This document shows, piece after piece, positions 24,301 to 39,300 of a stretch of 64,000 bases of DNA. The stretch is taken from contig NMRA01000504.1 of the NCBI GenBank assembly GCA_002633005.1, forward strand, positions 87,571 to 151,570, in the 5' to 3' direction. Each line of letters begins with the position of its first letter. Within the stretch, counting starts at the first letter, position 1. The stretch comes from Phoronis australis (Eukaryota; Animalia; Phoronida). Under the pieces are notes generated by a model. It was not told the origin of the DNA, did no database searches, and saw only the letters and a program-made list of their open reading frames with translations. The position numbers and the translations under genes are program-made.

Positions 24301-27300
24301 CAACCTGGCTTACCAATCACCATTATTAGTAGCCATGTTGGCAGTGTAGGCTACTAAGAAAACACCAGCCTTTCATCGACACAATCTTTTGGAAAATAAT
24401 GCACTTGAGCAGAACGTTATGTGTGTAATAACATGAGAGTCAGCACTAGCGCGGAGGAAAAAGAACTCAGTTTTGTTAGTTTCTATATTAGACAAATCAT
24501 GGCGCTGTTGTTCTAGTTCAAGTCAAGTGATATGCCCTCTGTCTTTATTTAGGCATTTGCATGGGGAGACAACTCTGCATATCAGTTAGCAGGCAGTGAA
24601 ACACTGTTGTCTGGTCCAAGGAATGTCAAGGTAGGCTGCCGTCAATGTTCATAATATAAATGTGCTACTATTTCTCTTCATAAATTATCAATTATAACAA
24701 CTACTGAAAATTTTGAATTTGAGAAAGGTTATTTTGAAATCAGTTAATTAGGCTTTTTATAACACCTCAATTTGGTATGTGACTTACTGTTTCAGCTCTT
24801 GTCAAATGTCAGCATCTGGGATGTGTCTGCGGGTCAGACATGTTCTCTGTTTCTGGCAGATGGTATGGGTTTTCAGCCGGACTTGTACTATTGTGGAGGA
24901 GAGACTAGGTCAGTCATGGAGACCTCGGCTTTCAGGTTCGCCACAGTGAAGAAGGTTAGTGGCATCCACTGTCAGTGGTGGTAGGAGATGACATTGTTTT
25001 TGCCTCTTATGTGTTTGATGCCTACAATTACCAGTGAATGATATTTGTCTATCCCAACTGTTGCAAACAGTCGTCTGTCAAAAGGTGATATTTTCACAAT
25101 ACTTTTCGAACACTTTCTTTGTGATTCACTTCACCAAAGTATTGTGTCATGTTTCTCGTCGACTAAAGTTGTCATTTGTTTCAAAATGTAGGATCTAAAC
25201 ACCTAATCTTCATTGTCACTACTGTTTGTAACAGCCTAATGTTAGAATTACTGAAGTAACTGAAACTGACACATCTGTGTGATATGTTAGTTAAGAGGTA
25301 ATATTGCATCTTGTTCCAATATTTCGTCCAGGATCTGAGCTCCAACAACTGCACATAAGAGTACCCTTACTATAGTCAACTAATAGTGATGAAATTAATG
25401 GGAAGACAATTCTGCTGCTTCAAAGCTGCAAGGACATTGTATGACATTGTATGACATTGTATGACATTGTATGACATTGTATGACATTGTATGACATTGT
25501 ATGACATTGTATGACATTGTATGACATTGTATGACATTGGTTTAGGCCAGTGATGAGCTCTGTGTTACACTATTTACTAAAAATATTAACAAATAAAAAC
25601 CGAAACTAGCTTAAACCATCAATATTACAGTATTTTGATTGTCAATATTGGACCACATTTGCCGAAGTTAATACCACGTTTGTTTGTTCAAAACTCTGAA
25701 CACTTTCCTGGAGTCGATAATGCATTAAATCTCAATAAGCTGAGTCTCATAATGGATACCTATGTTATAAAAAATCAACACTAGAAATTTAAGTTTTACC
25801 CTCTGAGATGGGCTCCATTGCCTGTCAAAATTAATTCTAGTGTCTAATATGATCTTGTGAAGCATGCTTTGTTGAGTTTAGAAATTTTACCGGAAAGCAT
25901 CGAATGTCCACATGATCTTTTGGGTTTGGAAACTGGAATTTCAGATTTAGTTGTCCAATTTTTCTACACAGCCCAGATTGTTCAATTCCCAGTACCACTG
26001 GAACTTTTGAAACTTAGAATTGAGAAGTTAGAATACTCCTGCCAGCTGAGGTGGCTAAGCAGTATTATTTTGTCCATACCAGTTGCTTTTTCGTGCTACA
26101 TTCTTGATGACTCTGTGAATGTCCTAGAATGAGAGAACATTCTCTGTATATTTCCAGATGATAGTTTTTGGTGCTCTCGCCAGGTGATGTAGCTAACCAG
26201 CATTACTTTTTCCACATGCACTGCCTCTGCATTCTACATACTTGTTGACTCAGTGAATGTCCGCTAATAAGAGAACCTTTCTCTGTATATCTCGAGTCGA
26301 TACTTCTTGCTTCTCTCGCCAGGTGGGGTGGCTCAAGCAAATCCATGCCGGAGGTGACTTAAACGCATGCATTGTAGACAAAAACATCACCGGTCATCTT
26401 GCTACTCTGCATGAGTTTGCTGCGACAGAGCGCTGCTTCTATCAACTGATTCACAAGTTCCTGCATAATGTTCTCAAACCGTTCGTTGCATCAGGTTGGT
26501 ATGGAATTTCAAAAATTCCAAAAATTTCCATCTTTCAGTTTGCGTGTCCATCTTTCATTGCTAGATGAACATTTATTACAGTACTGTTCACTCATCCAGT
26601 TGTCTACATTACTGCTGGAGCATGGCTGATGTACAGGGTGACCTAAAACCAAACCTTCAATTTCTTCATCTGTATTTACCCTTTTATATTTCAATTTGGT
26701 AGGTCTAAAGCTTTAGTCTATGGTTGATCTTTCCTCAAAATTTTAACCACTCGAATCAGTTTGCGTAGATTTTTTATTTCTCCGTTAAAATTAGAATATT
26801 GTGGGTTTGTATTTTCGAATCACTTTATAGCCTCAACTTTGTTTTGCAGCTGGCTGCCCTTGCTGTCCTACAGGCGTCCAGTCTTCTCTTTTTTGCCGAA
26901 ATATCTGTAAATTTTAACCTACGTAATGGGGCTGTAACTATCCAGTGATCTGTCTCAAAATTATGGTCTGGAAAACAATGGTTAATGCACATCATACTGG
27001 TGAACGCATTACAAACACACACCACACTTCATGTGAATGCAATACAAACACACACCATACTTCATGTGAACGCAATACAAACCCACTCCACATTTCATGT
27101 GAACGCAATACAAACACACACCACATTTCATGTGAACGCAATACAAACACACACCACATTTCATGTGAACGCAATACAAGCACAAACCACACTTCATGTG
27201 ACCGCAGTACACAGGACAGACACTGCAGTGTAAAAGTTGTTCAACTTATTAATTGTTTACTTCAGATGAGCTTGCTAGTGTTCAGACGGATTCGCTAGTA

Positions 27301-30300
27301 TCGACATTGAACAAGATGGTGGAGGACTACACCACTGTGTCAAACAAGGTATTGTGATGCTGCTTTCCTGTAACATTTAGGTTACACTTTAGATTAAGCA
27401 TGAGAAGGATGGCTTCAGGACATGATTGTCTATGTTCTTAGTCTTCAATTTTTTCATCATAAGCAGTAGAGCTAAGGTTGTTATTAATATTACCTTCTGT
27501 AAGTCACCTAAGCTGGCAGAATGTTTTATCGGTGCTGTGAAAAGTTTAACAAACCAAGCTGTTGACTTAAAATTAAAAGCTCTTGCGCTAACCTATGGCT
27601 TATCTGACATGCATGGTATGTGAAGGCACATTTACCACTTCTGCTGGCCTTGGGTGTTACGATTCTTGAGCTCATATCTGATAACACTTACTTCAGAGGT
27701 TATTTTGTCTAAATGGTCTCTGCGTTCAGATTGCTCACTTTCACATCTGTCTCTAGGTTGGTCTCAATACCTGTGAACTGGTCATGGTCCTGCAGACATC
27801 GTCTAAGCTCTGTGACATCTCGCTGGTCGGCGATGCTAGCAATTATGTCAACACATTCCTCAAGTTTACCAAGTCATTTGGAGATTTTCTGGCACTGGGT
27901 GGCTTTGATCAAATTCATAAGATTATGAGGTACATGACACATAGTTTCTTGTCAATGTAGTGAAGTGAATCTGAGTGGTTGTACATTAACTCTCAGTTTA
28001 TGATTGATGCATTCAGTGACCAGATTTCAGGTTGAAAAATGTTAAGAAAAAAATCAAGATGGCTATGGGGATGCTAGTCGCAGATTCAACCTTTGAATGG
28101 ATTTCCAGTTGGTTCATAAATAAGGTGTAGTTGTGTATGGGAGAAATACTTGTTCATAGTAATAAAAACTCAGTCCATGCCAAAATGAAGGTTTTTAAGA
28201 TGGGGATGTGCATGCGTGTGTCTGTATTCAAATGTATTTTAAGCTTTTTATAAGTATGTCATATTCCCGTTGATTGGTGAAATGGATATTTTATGCTTTC
28301 ATAAAATGACATTTACTTCAAATGTCTTTTATTAAATTTCCTAATATTGGAAAATTATGGGCTTTTTCTACCTAAATTTGAAGATCATTTGTGTCTATAA
28401 ACTTGACTGAAAATTTTTGAAATATAGTAGATAAAGTAATCAAAATTTTTCAATAATAATGCTAATCCGTTCAGAGAGCTTTTTGTTTTATACACAATGC
28501 TTTTTTGAAACTCAGAAGATTTTTATTTCCTTAATTGCAAATAGACTTGTAAGCCAAGTGGAATGTGCATTATTTTTCAAATATTGCATGTCATGGTTAT
28601 TTTTCATTTATTTATCTCACAACATTGCCGACAGATGAAATTCTATTTTGTCAAATTTTTTCCACTTAAGTGTAGATTAAGAAAATTTTAGTCAATCACT
28701 AGCATGGCTTGTACTCTCTAGATGTCATAAAACAACTTTTGGTAAATTTTCCGTTATTTACCAGCCTTTGAAAAAGAGAAAAATGGCAATTTTGGCAATC
28801 ATGCCAAGAATTGGCTTACCTCAAAATCCAACTGCTGATTGGTGGTTGGGTAATTGGCCCAATTATATTGCACACACTGCAGAATTAATGAGGAGCATAT
28901 TATTGCAACATTAAACAAATGTTTTAGGTTGTAAAAGTCACATTTCTTGTCCAATTTTCAAAATTCAAAACCTAATCACGTGTGCTTTTCCCATACTTTT
29001 TGAAATATTATGCTATTTACAAACATTCAAAATGAAAATTTAAAAATACTATTGTCACCCCTAATATGTTCATGATGGTCTCATTATCTAGAGAATGATA
29101 ACGTCAGGAGCCTGAGGCTATTTAATTAACCACAACAGCAACGTGTCTTTGATCTGAATTGGCAAATTATGTTGTGTGCAAACAGGTTGAGTTGCCCAAT
29201 CTCAACCTGTAAGGGTGTCAATGTACTACAGGATTCTTTTCATGAATTATTTTTGTGCGAAATAAGTGTTGAATTACTGTATTAAAATGGTTTTTGCGAT
29301 ATTGTAATAAAGTAGAAAAATTCATCCAGTGCCATTCTTTCATTTTTTGTACGTATGTTGTGATAAATAAAATCGTGCTTGTATGATGACCGGTGCATTT
29401 TTTGGGAACACTTGACATAATACTACGTAGGTTCCTGAATATTAACGTTCGGCACTAAATTCGAGGTTTTATTGTGGAAAGTAAATCCCATCTGTATCTG
29501 GTATTCATTTGTTCAGAGTTCAATATGTTTTACCATAAGGATATTCTTCTATAGCTCTGTTAACATTTTTGTCTGGTTGCTCTAAAGACAGATTCAACTC
29601 TGTGTTCCAGTCCATTTCTTGAAAGGCGTTTGATTGACCTTGGTACCTTAATTGAAGAGGCGAAACTGGAAAAGTCGTCAAATGTCACGGTAATGTTCCG
29701 TCGTCTGCTGCAATTACCACTGCGGCGAATGAAGGATTATGAGAGGCTCACCGGAAAGTTGGCTGTTGGGGTAAGTTTGGGCGGGACTTACAGTAGTGGG
29801 CATGACTTACAGTTGTGGGCAGGACTTACAGTAGTGGGCATGACTTCCAGTAGTGGGCATGACTTACAGTAGTGGGCAGGACTTAAAGTAGTGGGCATGA
29901 GTTACAGTAGTGGGCATGAGTTACAGTAGTGGGCATGACTTGCAGTAGTGGGCATGACTTCCAGTAGTGGGCATGACTTACAGTAGTGGGCATGACTTAC
30001 AGTAGTGGGCATGACTTACAGTAGTGGGCATGACTTACATAAGTGGGCAAGACTAACAATGGTTTGAATGGGAACAGCTGCAGCAGTTTTTTGAAAAATG
30101 AGCAGGAAATGATAGGACATTTTTTTGCAGCTCTGAATTGTGCTAGCTTTTCAAAAGATGTCTGAGATTTTTCAACTTTTTTGAAACCTTGTTTTGTTAC
30201 TGCAGTGAAACACAGCACAGACTCAGTGAGTGTTAGAGCTGGTGGTCTTTTGAGTCAACTGCCTGTAGTTTTCAACATAAACTAGACAGATCTTTGTCAT

Positions 30301-33300
30301 ACTCTGCCAAAGTTGGATTAATGTGTCGCCAGAACTATTTGGTAGGTTAGCTGAGCTTTGGTCGCATTAAAATGGAGATTATTCTGAACTCCTGTTGCAG
30401 TTTAATGTGAATGAAAAAAGTCACCTTTAAGCACCTATTCTTGATTGAAAGCTCAGCGTCTGTTTTTTCAATTCCGGATGTGGGTGCCCTGGGCATTAAC
30501 TGGGACAAGTACCGTTGGTATCGATTTTATGTAACCGGATTTTATGATTTTTTCTGAATCTTATTAATCACGGCCAAATACGGTCAGTTTAAAGCTGGGT
30601 CAGACACAATGCCACCCTCTGTTCCGAAATTACTTTGATTTAGACCACCCATGGTGATGAAATTGGTCTTAACATGTTCTTTGCTAGGTAGATGTGATCT
30701 CTGGACTCTTGGAAACACTTGACCGTTCATTATTGTTTGACACCCAGTTCAATGGATGATTTCATGCACTGAGTATGATCTCAAGCACTAGACCAACTGC
30801 TATTTCATCCCAAATCCAGAAATTTACTTCTCATCAGTGTAAGGAGCATGGTGACAGTACTTAAAATCATGGTATCTTGGGAATGATTTAATTCGAAAGC
30901 CAAAGAGCACCTTTATATCACCTTTAAATGTTATCATTAATTGATGATTTTCAAAATAGCCGCGTGATATTGAAATTCACTAATCCGTCAGATGGCAATC
31001 GTGTCTTTGGTGGACAGGTGTTCAGTGCCACCTATAGATCCTATGTAATGCAGATGGGAGGTTTCAACCTATTTGTTATAAGAACAGCATTTTGACAACT
31101 ATCCAGCTATTATAATGCCGGCAAATTTCTAGTTCAGTGTGATGGGATGTTTGCCTTACGAAAAAGGCAAACTTTTGAAATATCAATGAATGAACAAGGG
31201 CATCACATTCCAAACATATCCCACTGCGATGAAGTGTCTGCCGACAAACCCAGTGGCTGTGGCTGATAATGCAGGAGAATTTCAATCCCAGTCAGTGTCA
31301 AAAAGTTAAGATTAGTAAAGTTAATAAACTAATCAAGCAGTGGGAGGAGCTGACAATGGAATTTATTCTAAGACTTGTTTTTAAATTTATGAACCACGGT
31401 GTAGTAAATGAATTTCTGTCCAATCAGAAGTCACTTTTGTGCTCTCATTACTCTAGAGAGTGCCGATATGGAACGTCTGCTATTAGCACAACTGTACGGC
31501 ATCTATTTTGTTAATCATATTAATTGTGTCTTACTAATCATTCCCGGTGTTTAGTCCAGTGAAAGCACATTACTACTGCACGTGAGTGAACTGTGGGATC
31601 AGCTAAAGCAGACGGCCAGGTTAGATCACACTGCAGCAGACAGCACAAGACTGTTTTGGGACAACTGTACGCCAAAGTTCGTGGTTAGTAAGGGTAACTT
31701 TTAATTATTTTGCTTTTTGTATTGTGTAGTCCGTATACCCTACCTGTTTACTTAATGCCCTTTGGTTCGAATAATTACTAAAAAATAGGCATGTGGAGTA
31801 ATTGTTGGTTTGAATGAGACAAAACATGATTGATTAAAAAAGAATTACAAGTAACTATTATAAGATTTGAAATTCATTAGTTGACTTTCAGCCATACGTT
31901 GTCATCGTCTTCAGGTTGTACAGGTGAAGACAGTCGACCAAAAGTACTAAAAGTACCATACACAAGTCTCATGATGTGGAGTTATGATACATCTGCCATA
32001 ATGTTTGTTAACTCCACACCTATTGGGTAGGATTTTGTATTCATTTTAATGATGTTTCACTCGTCCTTCGCTGCTCACCTTCAGGAACAGTTCCGTAAGC
32101 CTAGTCGACGACTGTTGCGTGAGAGCAAAACTCACCCGTTGACGCTACAGAATGCTGGCAGCTTCTCCTTTCATTGGTTTCTCCTGTTTAACGACAGCTT
32201 TGTTCACATGAGGGTGAGTTTTGTCGTTCTAGTGATGGCTTGCTCCACCAACATGTAGACACTCATTCACGTTACTTTCACATTGTGTATTGTAATCAGT
32301 TCTCAAAATGAGCTAATTTAACATTTTCGACTTTGTCTGTGTAGAGTTACCCTCAAAGTGACGAGGGATTAGTCCTACAGTACATTATAGCAAATTAAAG
32401 TCATGGCAATTATTCTAATTATTCAAGAATAGCATTTTCACCTTAAAAGGGTTATTATATACTAAAAACCACTTTACCATCCAATTCTCTGAAACAAAAT
32501 AATGCTCTGTAACCACCGACTACCCTCAACAATTTTGAGAACTCCTTACAAAGTCTGCTAGATGGGCAAGCAAAACTATGACACAGATAGCATGGGCTTT
32601 TAGTTAAATCATGTTTTTACCGCTCAAGGGTGGCGCATTAGGAGACGACTAAACAAAGAACGGTCGAAGTTACCAAAACAAGAGTTTCGTATTTTTTAAC
32701 TTTGTTAACTTTCTCATTCATTACATACCATTCTCAGTCATGAGAGAGAGCTGCTATGGCAATAAAACAGACAACTGTTATCCTGTGGGATGCGAATTAT
32801 TTGGAAAAACTTGCGTAGAGCAACCATGCTAGCTGCTGTATATCTGGATATGCCAGTTATATACCACAGTTCTTGTGCAATCAGCCCGCCCAAGTTTACA
32901 TGTTGTTTGTCCGTCTCTTCCAGTATTCCAGCCATCAGTCTTTCCCACTCTCCACTCTGTGGACAGAATCTCTACAAGACGAGGATCACCTCAGATACAC
33001 GTTCAAGCTGTTGTTCCCTGAGTCGTCCAGAATCCTATCAGCTCCTGACTCTGCACAGAAGGTAACACAAATGGAGAATGTATGATAACGCTGTCTCCGT
33101 TGATTTTGTGCATGAATTTAAAGTGGTTTGCATGACTGTGTTAGTATAGTTCATAACTCCTGAATATAACTTAGCCAATGATTCAGCTTTGTATCCAAAT
33201 ATGGATAAAACGCCTCTGGATAAAATGCACATTTTTCGAAAGATTTGATATGAATTGGAAGCTAGAAGAAATTCTCAGTGTGAAGGGACATAACATTCCC

Positions 33301-36300
33301 GTAGTGCACTACTGGAACTGTAAGAAGTCCAACCTGGTTGTATTTAACTTCCTTTTTATCTTCTGTTAGTAATGAATCTACTGTCTTCCAACTTGCGCTC
33401 AAAATTTAAACTCAGTTGACAGCATGTTTAATAATAATGTGACCTGGATGCAATGAGACTGAGTAGATGTCGACTCACAGGACCTGTGTGAAGCAACGTT
33501 GCAAATTATATTGACATTCTATTCTAACTTGTTTGGGTTTTGTTGTATGAGCAATTTGTTTCTCAGTCTTGATTAGGTTAAGAAAGGGAGGAAGGTAGGT
33601 GAGGCAAAAAAATTCAGTCACAAAAGTGGCCATTTTGTGTTGGATTGGTATTAGTCACTTGAAGGGGTCCCGGATTTTGAGAACCACTTTGGTGCCCGTT
33701 ATTCAATCAGTAAAAGAAACTGGTTCTCAAAGTCATTGACCCCTGTGACTAATACTGCTGAGTCATTCAGAATTGGCCAGATAATATTCTGCCAAAGACC
33801 GAATCTCACAAATTTATACCCCAGAAGGCGCGTGCATTGGTATCCATGAAAACTTTGATGTCTTTGATTTACTGAATATTCTGGATCTAATAACAGTTTT
33901 CTTCACTTTGAGTTGTAACTTATTTGTATTTATTCCATTCCATGCTCACTCCAATGGCCATATCGTCAAACCACCTGCAGGACAACATCCTAAAGTTTTT
34001 ATTGCGAATAACATTTGGGTGTAACTTACTCTTGCAGTCCGAGTGGCTGGCGGCTATCAACATGGCTGTTGACGGGGTGTTGAACAACAGTCCTCTTTCC
34101 CACCTCCGCAGTGAGGTGAGTGCTGCACGCTCGCCCCCTTTGTCACGTCACGCCAGCTTTACATTCAACAAGAGCGGCAGTCTGTCTGGAGCCCATTACA
34201 GTGGCATGTGGTACTGTGGACATATGTACGGAGAGTAAGTTGTTGTCAATTGTAATTGGAGTCTTGTGACTTGTGCTGGCAAAAAATGCTGTCTTCCATA
34301 TTCAACGATTTCACTTAGTGGCGTTGTTTTAGCTGTTCTCTCATTTTTTGAAACTGTCATGATAGAAAGTAGGCTTAAGGCTGTGTATGTTTTGTTCACT
34401 TTAACTTAGTTGTTTAGTTATCGGTATTACTAGGGAGCCTGGTAATATTGCATAATATTGCAATGCTTGATTTTGCTGATTGAGAGTAGTTTGCACGCCA
34501 TTGATGCTGGATTTAAACACTCAAACCACATAGGCGTGCTGAATACTAGGTAGAAGGTATTAGTTTTTTCCCTTGTATCTTACTCAGAATATCCTTCGGT
34601 ATAATTTGGTACATGGCATATAAGTTTTTTTAGATGCGTGATACATCTTGGATCATCTGCAGAACATTCAAGGAGTGTCATTGTGTATTAAACTCTTTGC
34701 AATTTTGTTGACAGCTTAGTCGCTAATGAGACAGTATTAGGTTTTAAAATTTGATTTTTTTTGGATAAAATTGCCAGTCATTTATTATAAGATTTCCTCA
34801 TTTGTTTTTTAATACTGTGTGCCCTGCGATGTCTTGTACTGGATTATTGTCATGTATGATTCTATTGTTTCAGGGGTGAACTCAGCTGGGCAGATGGACG
34901 CAAGTATGTTGGCTTGTTCAAACATGGTGTTCAGCATGGGTAGGTATTGAAAACTAGGCCACTTCCTTCTTACTCAATGCTCAATATGCATCAATTGGTT
35001 TTTACTTAATTTGCATTATTTGGTGGATTTAAACAGATGTTTAATATTGTTTTATATCTGTCTTACTAGTTTGTGCTTTGCCAGGATGATTGAATAATTT
35101 TCACCTTTTCTGAGTAGTTTTCACTTGCTGTATGTAGCATTTTTGTTTGAAAAAGTTGACAATATTTCTTTTCATAAAAACTTACATTTATCAAAACAAA
35201 AGTGTCTCTGCTAATGTTCAGTTGTTATTTTCTGTCTGCTTTCCTTCTAGATTTTCACCATAAGTTTGATGGAGCCAGACGAATTTCATCTTGTCATTTT
35301 GAAAACTACTGTTGCTATATGCAAATAATATGCATTGCTAATGCACATGCACAATATGTATTTATTTGTTCACAGCTCAGTTAACGACTAAACAAACTGC
35401 AGTTCTATTCATTGACAATTTATAAATGTGAAAAGAAAATATTCTGCAAATAGGTGACCCTTGCACTAATGCCGTACCTTAGGGGCTTACATAGCCCGCA
35501 TCATGCAGTGTTATTCCCCAACACCATGTCACGATACTTAATGGACGTGATTGAGTGATTTGCGGCAAGTCATTTTCTACACAAAACTAGTTCTTAAAAA
35601 CATTTGTCAATTTTCAATATACTTCATATTCACATCGTCGGTGTATGTTGTCTTTGTAACTAATTTGACCAAGCAATCACAGAGATAAGAAATTAGCGTG
35701 CAAGTTACACTTAAGTAATCCCAAACAAATGTTTTTATTATTATTTTAAAGTTCTTTACCATTAGCTAACATCAAACACATTTTTTCAAAATTTTGGTCA
35801 TTCACAATTTTGCGAAATGAAAAAACTAAGGCAAAACGATGCACTTTCTTTCAAACTAATTTGTGAGATTTTATCGTATTTGTATTATGATGATTGTGTA
35901 GTAAGCTGAGTGGTTAACATTTCCCCTATTTGCAGGTATGGCGTACTGACCATTCCCAATCCAGACAAGGAAGACGAGGTGCAAGAAGGAAATTGGAAGG
36001 AGGGACAGTTGAACGGGTTAGGCAAAATAAAGTGAGTGGCAGATGTGCAATTTGGCGAATGATACATTTTCTTATAAAATCTATTTAATATTTAAATCTC
36101 TTTCATGTTACCTATATTGTTGTACGTAAGGCATTGTTCCTACGTTAAAGTCTTCGCGCCATCTTTGAAACCCATCGGTTTGGTCCATGTTTTGGACTTT
36201 GTTTTGATTTTTTAACGAATTACTGTTGGCATTGCACATGATAAAACCATGGGAAGATTGGAGATCTTAGATTTCTACAATAGAAAGCTTCACGACTCCT

Positions 36301-39300
36301 GTCTGACCAGCTTTATGTTTGCGATTCCAACTTGACCTAATTGGTGCTGCACAGGACTTTTAATTGTTTCTTTTTGTGACCACAATTTTGAAATTTGGAC
36401 ACCTGAATAATCTAAGTAAAAGTGTACTTTCATCCATCATCTTTATTAAATACAAGGTCAGTGACCCGTAGTTCCATTTCACATAATAATAATGATAATG
36501 ATAATAATAATAATAATATTAATAATAATAATAATAATAATAATAAGTTCGCTGCATAATAACTATACAATGTACATAATTGGACTACTTGCAGTGTTAA
36601 CAATTCGTCACCTAACAACATTCGTTTTTTATGAAAAATGTCAAAAGCTTTTTGACTGGTTTGTGAATAATGCTCTTAAATGCGCCATGCTTGGACAACC
36701 TTCATAATCACAAAGAACAGGATATACAAAAAGAGTGAAACTCTGTTTCAGCTTTGGCTGCATTGACGTCACATTTGGCTACTTTGCTGAAATCCCAGGT
36801 CACCACTCGAAATCTGATGTTGCCAAAAGTGCCGTTTAATTCGGCAACTAAAAAACAAGACTCCGAACAAAAAAGGTCTTGCAGGACTCCGAACTTGCAT
36901 GCACCAATTTGTCCCCTTAAACATCATGTGCCATTCACTAACTCAATTCCTCCTGCCAACAAGTGAAGATAGAACACAGACAATCGCATACCCTGAAGGC
37001 GTGTGTTCTTTCACCGATCGTGCTCAATGTTTGCAGAACTATTCAGACTTCCATCATGTTTACTTCCTCTTGTAATTTAAGCACGTGTTTGATGTGTGGT
37101 GTCTGCTGTGGCGGCAAAGGCACTGATTTCACAAAATAAACGGAAAAATTGTGAACCAAAGGTATAAAATCTAGGGAAAGTGTACTTAATAATTTTAAGT
37201 TTGGAAGTCACCACAAACTTTTGAACCGGATTTCGGTTGACTTTGTGACGACTTTGTGCCGACTTGGGATTTTTTCGAGGTCGCCAAACACAATCTGCAG
37301 GTCGCCAAATCGAGCACTGTGGCGTAATCGTTGTTATCTTGAAGCATTATTTCTTCTACCCATTTTTCTATTTAAGTACTGCATCTAAAATTTGCCGTTT
37401 AAGTGTATAGTTTCATCAAAGTTATCATGGTGAAAGCCCGGAAGGAAATCAGATGTAAACTAAAAGCGCTAAATAATTTGAAGTTTGGCTAGAAATTTTT
37501 GCTTCAAAATTTTGCTGATTTTCGATGAGAAGAATTTTTTTCGATGTTTCTTGAAGCCGGCACCCAGCTAGTGGGAATACGTCCATTGGTATTTGTTTAG
37601 TAGATGTGCCATACCACTTATTTGTGTTGAAACAATAATATTTATAAATGAAACCAGTTGATAACTGTCTTATAAAATCTGATGTTCATGCAGTATCTCT
37701 TATTACCTGTGTCTAGGTATGTTAACGGCGACGTGTATGAAGGCCACTTCCTGAACGGACTGAGGCAAGGTCATGGTGTATACCGTCAAGGTCTGATCAC
37801 GTCACCAGTGGCTAGTCTGTACATCGGTGAATGGCTGAATGATAAACGCAGTGGTTACGGAGTCATGGATGATGTCATACTTGGTAATGTTGAACCTTGT
37901 ACAAGATAAAAATACTCACAAAATACTGTTTCCGCGTCATGACGGTCCGTTCAGCCTGCAGATTATTTTCCACTAAATTCCTACTGAAATTGATACTTCA
38001 TTACGATTGTAGTCTGTCATCAAAATCTTTTGATGCCTTCACTAGGATCCAATATGTAGAGTAGCCAATCACATTGAACTAATTTCCAATGTTCACATGT
38101 ACAGTACACAAGAACATGATGTTAATGACTTAATTATCATCGTTCATAATGTTTTATTGCTCGAGCTCTAAGGTTTTTGATGCCATAGTTAAAGCCGTTG
38201 AAGTTTTATAATACCTTTGATCACTCAAAGTTCTGTTTTTTTTCGATAACTCTTAGCGGAATTTGTAAAACCCATGTGTAAGACTGGTGCCTATGTATAA
38301 GACAGTCACCCCAAAGTCATAATCACAAACAAAACCAGTAACAATTTGCAAAATTCAGTTGTCGTGACGCGAAATTACAGTTATTTTGTCTGTTTTCTTG
38401 TGGCTTGAAGTGTAGTGTATACGGGAACATGTTTCATGAAGCCTAGTTTGTTGTTTATGGACTCTTATTACTTTGTGGACATTCACAGAATGAGTCGATG
38501 TAGTTGGTATCGTATTCGTTCAGATGCTTGGGAAACTAAAAAATCAGTGAGGTGCCATTGAGCCGAGTCTTGACATTTAAAAAGTTTGTGAGAAGTTAGA
38601 GATGGGCATTTACCTGAACAGTCAATTTGCTCAATGCAAATATCTTCAAATCTTTTCTGCACATGAATATTATAATTACATTTTATTTAGAACATGCGTG
38701 AGCCAAATAGCTATTTCACATTTTTGTAAAGAACCGGTAAAATTCCTTCTTGAATGCAGCTACTTGTGATTTCTCATTACCCTAAAGAGTGACTTTCGTA
38801 CATTTTGGAAGCTTTCACAAAGACAGTGGCACTTTTCAGGAAGTCTTGATCGTATAAATTAGGAGCGGGTGTTAAAAAGGAAAATTTGATGGTTGGAACT
38901 AAGGTGAACTTATGCATTAAGCCTGATGAGTATGCTGCAATAATCCATCCAGGAAAGCAACGCTCGTCAATCACATCGCTTGCGTAATAATTAATTATTG
39001 TCAACTTTCTCTAGGTCTTATAATGCTATCCTCACTGTTGTAGATACTAACACTTTTTCAACGCATAACAAAAACCGTGTCCCTTGTGAATGTATCTATG
39101 GTCAGGGTATGTTCTCTGGGGTATGGTCCACTCTATCAGCACTGTGCACATCAGCATCCTCCGTACACTGATTATCCGTGGTCCTGACATGCACTTCCCT
39201 TCTGTTGCCAGATTCTCATCAAACACAAACAGCTGTCTCTCCCTGGTATACTTCCAGAATTTTCCCGTCTTTGTTCACCGGCTTGCTCATGAAACTTTGT

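Noticed and set aside
26945-27298. Cys/His-rich repetitive ORFs in several frames
   Set aside because: Translations of a 33 bp intronic minisatellite; the real exon 10 is in another frame at 27266
31883-31945. Possible hammerhead ribozyme or Penelope end (CTGAAGA..GAAA on -)
   Set aside because: Stem II and flanking stems do not pair; at most a decayed remnant
36430-36707. Poly-Ile and poly-Leu 'membrane protein' ORFs
   Set aside because: Products of the (AAT)n microsatellite
36592-37319. CAGTG..CACTG hAT-like termini
   Set aside because: The inverted match is short and there is no target-site duplication
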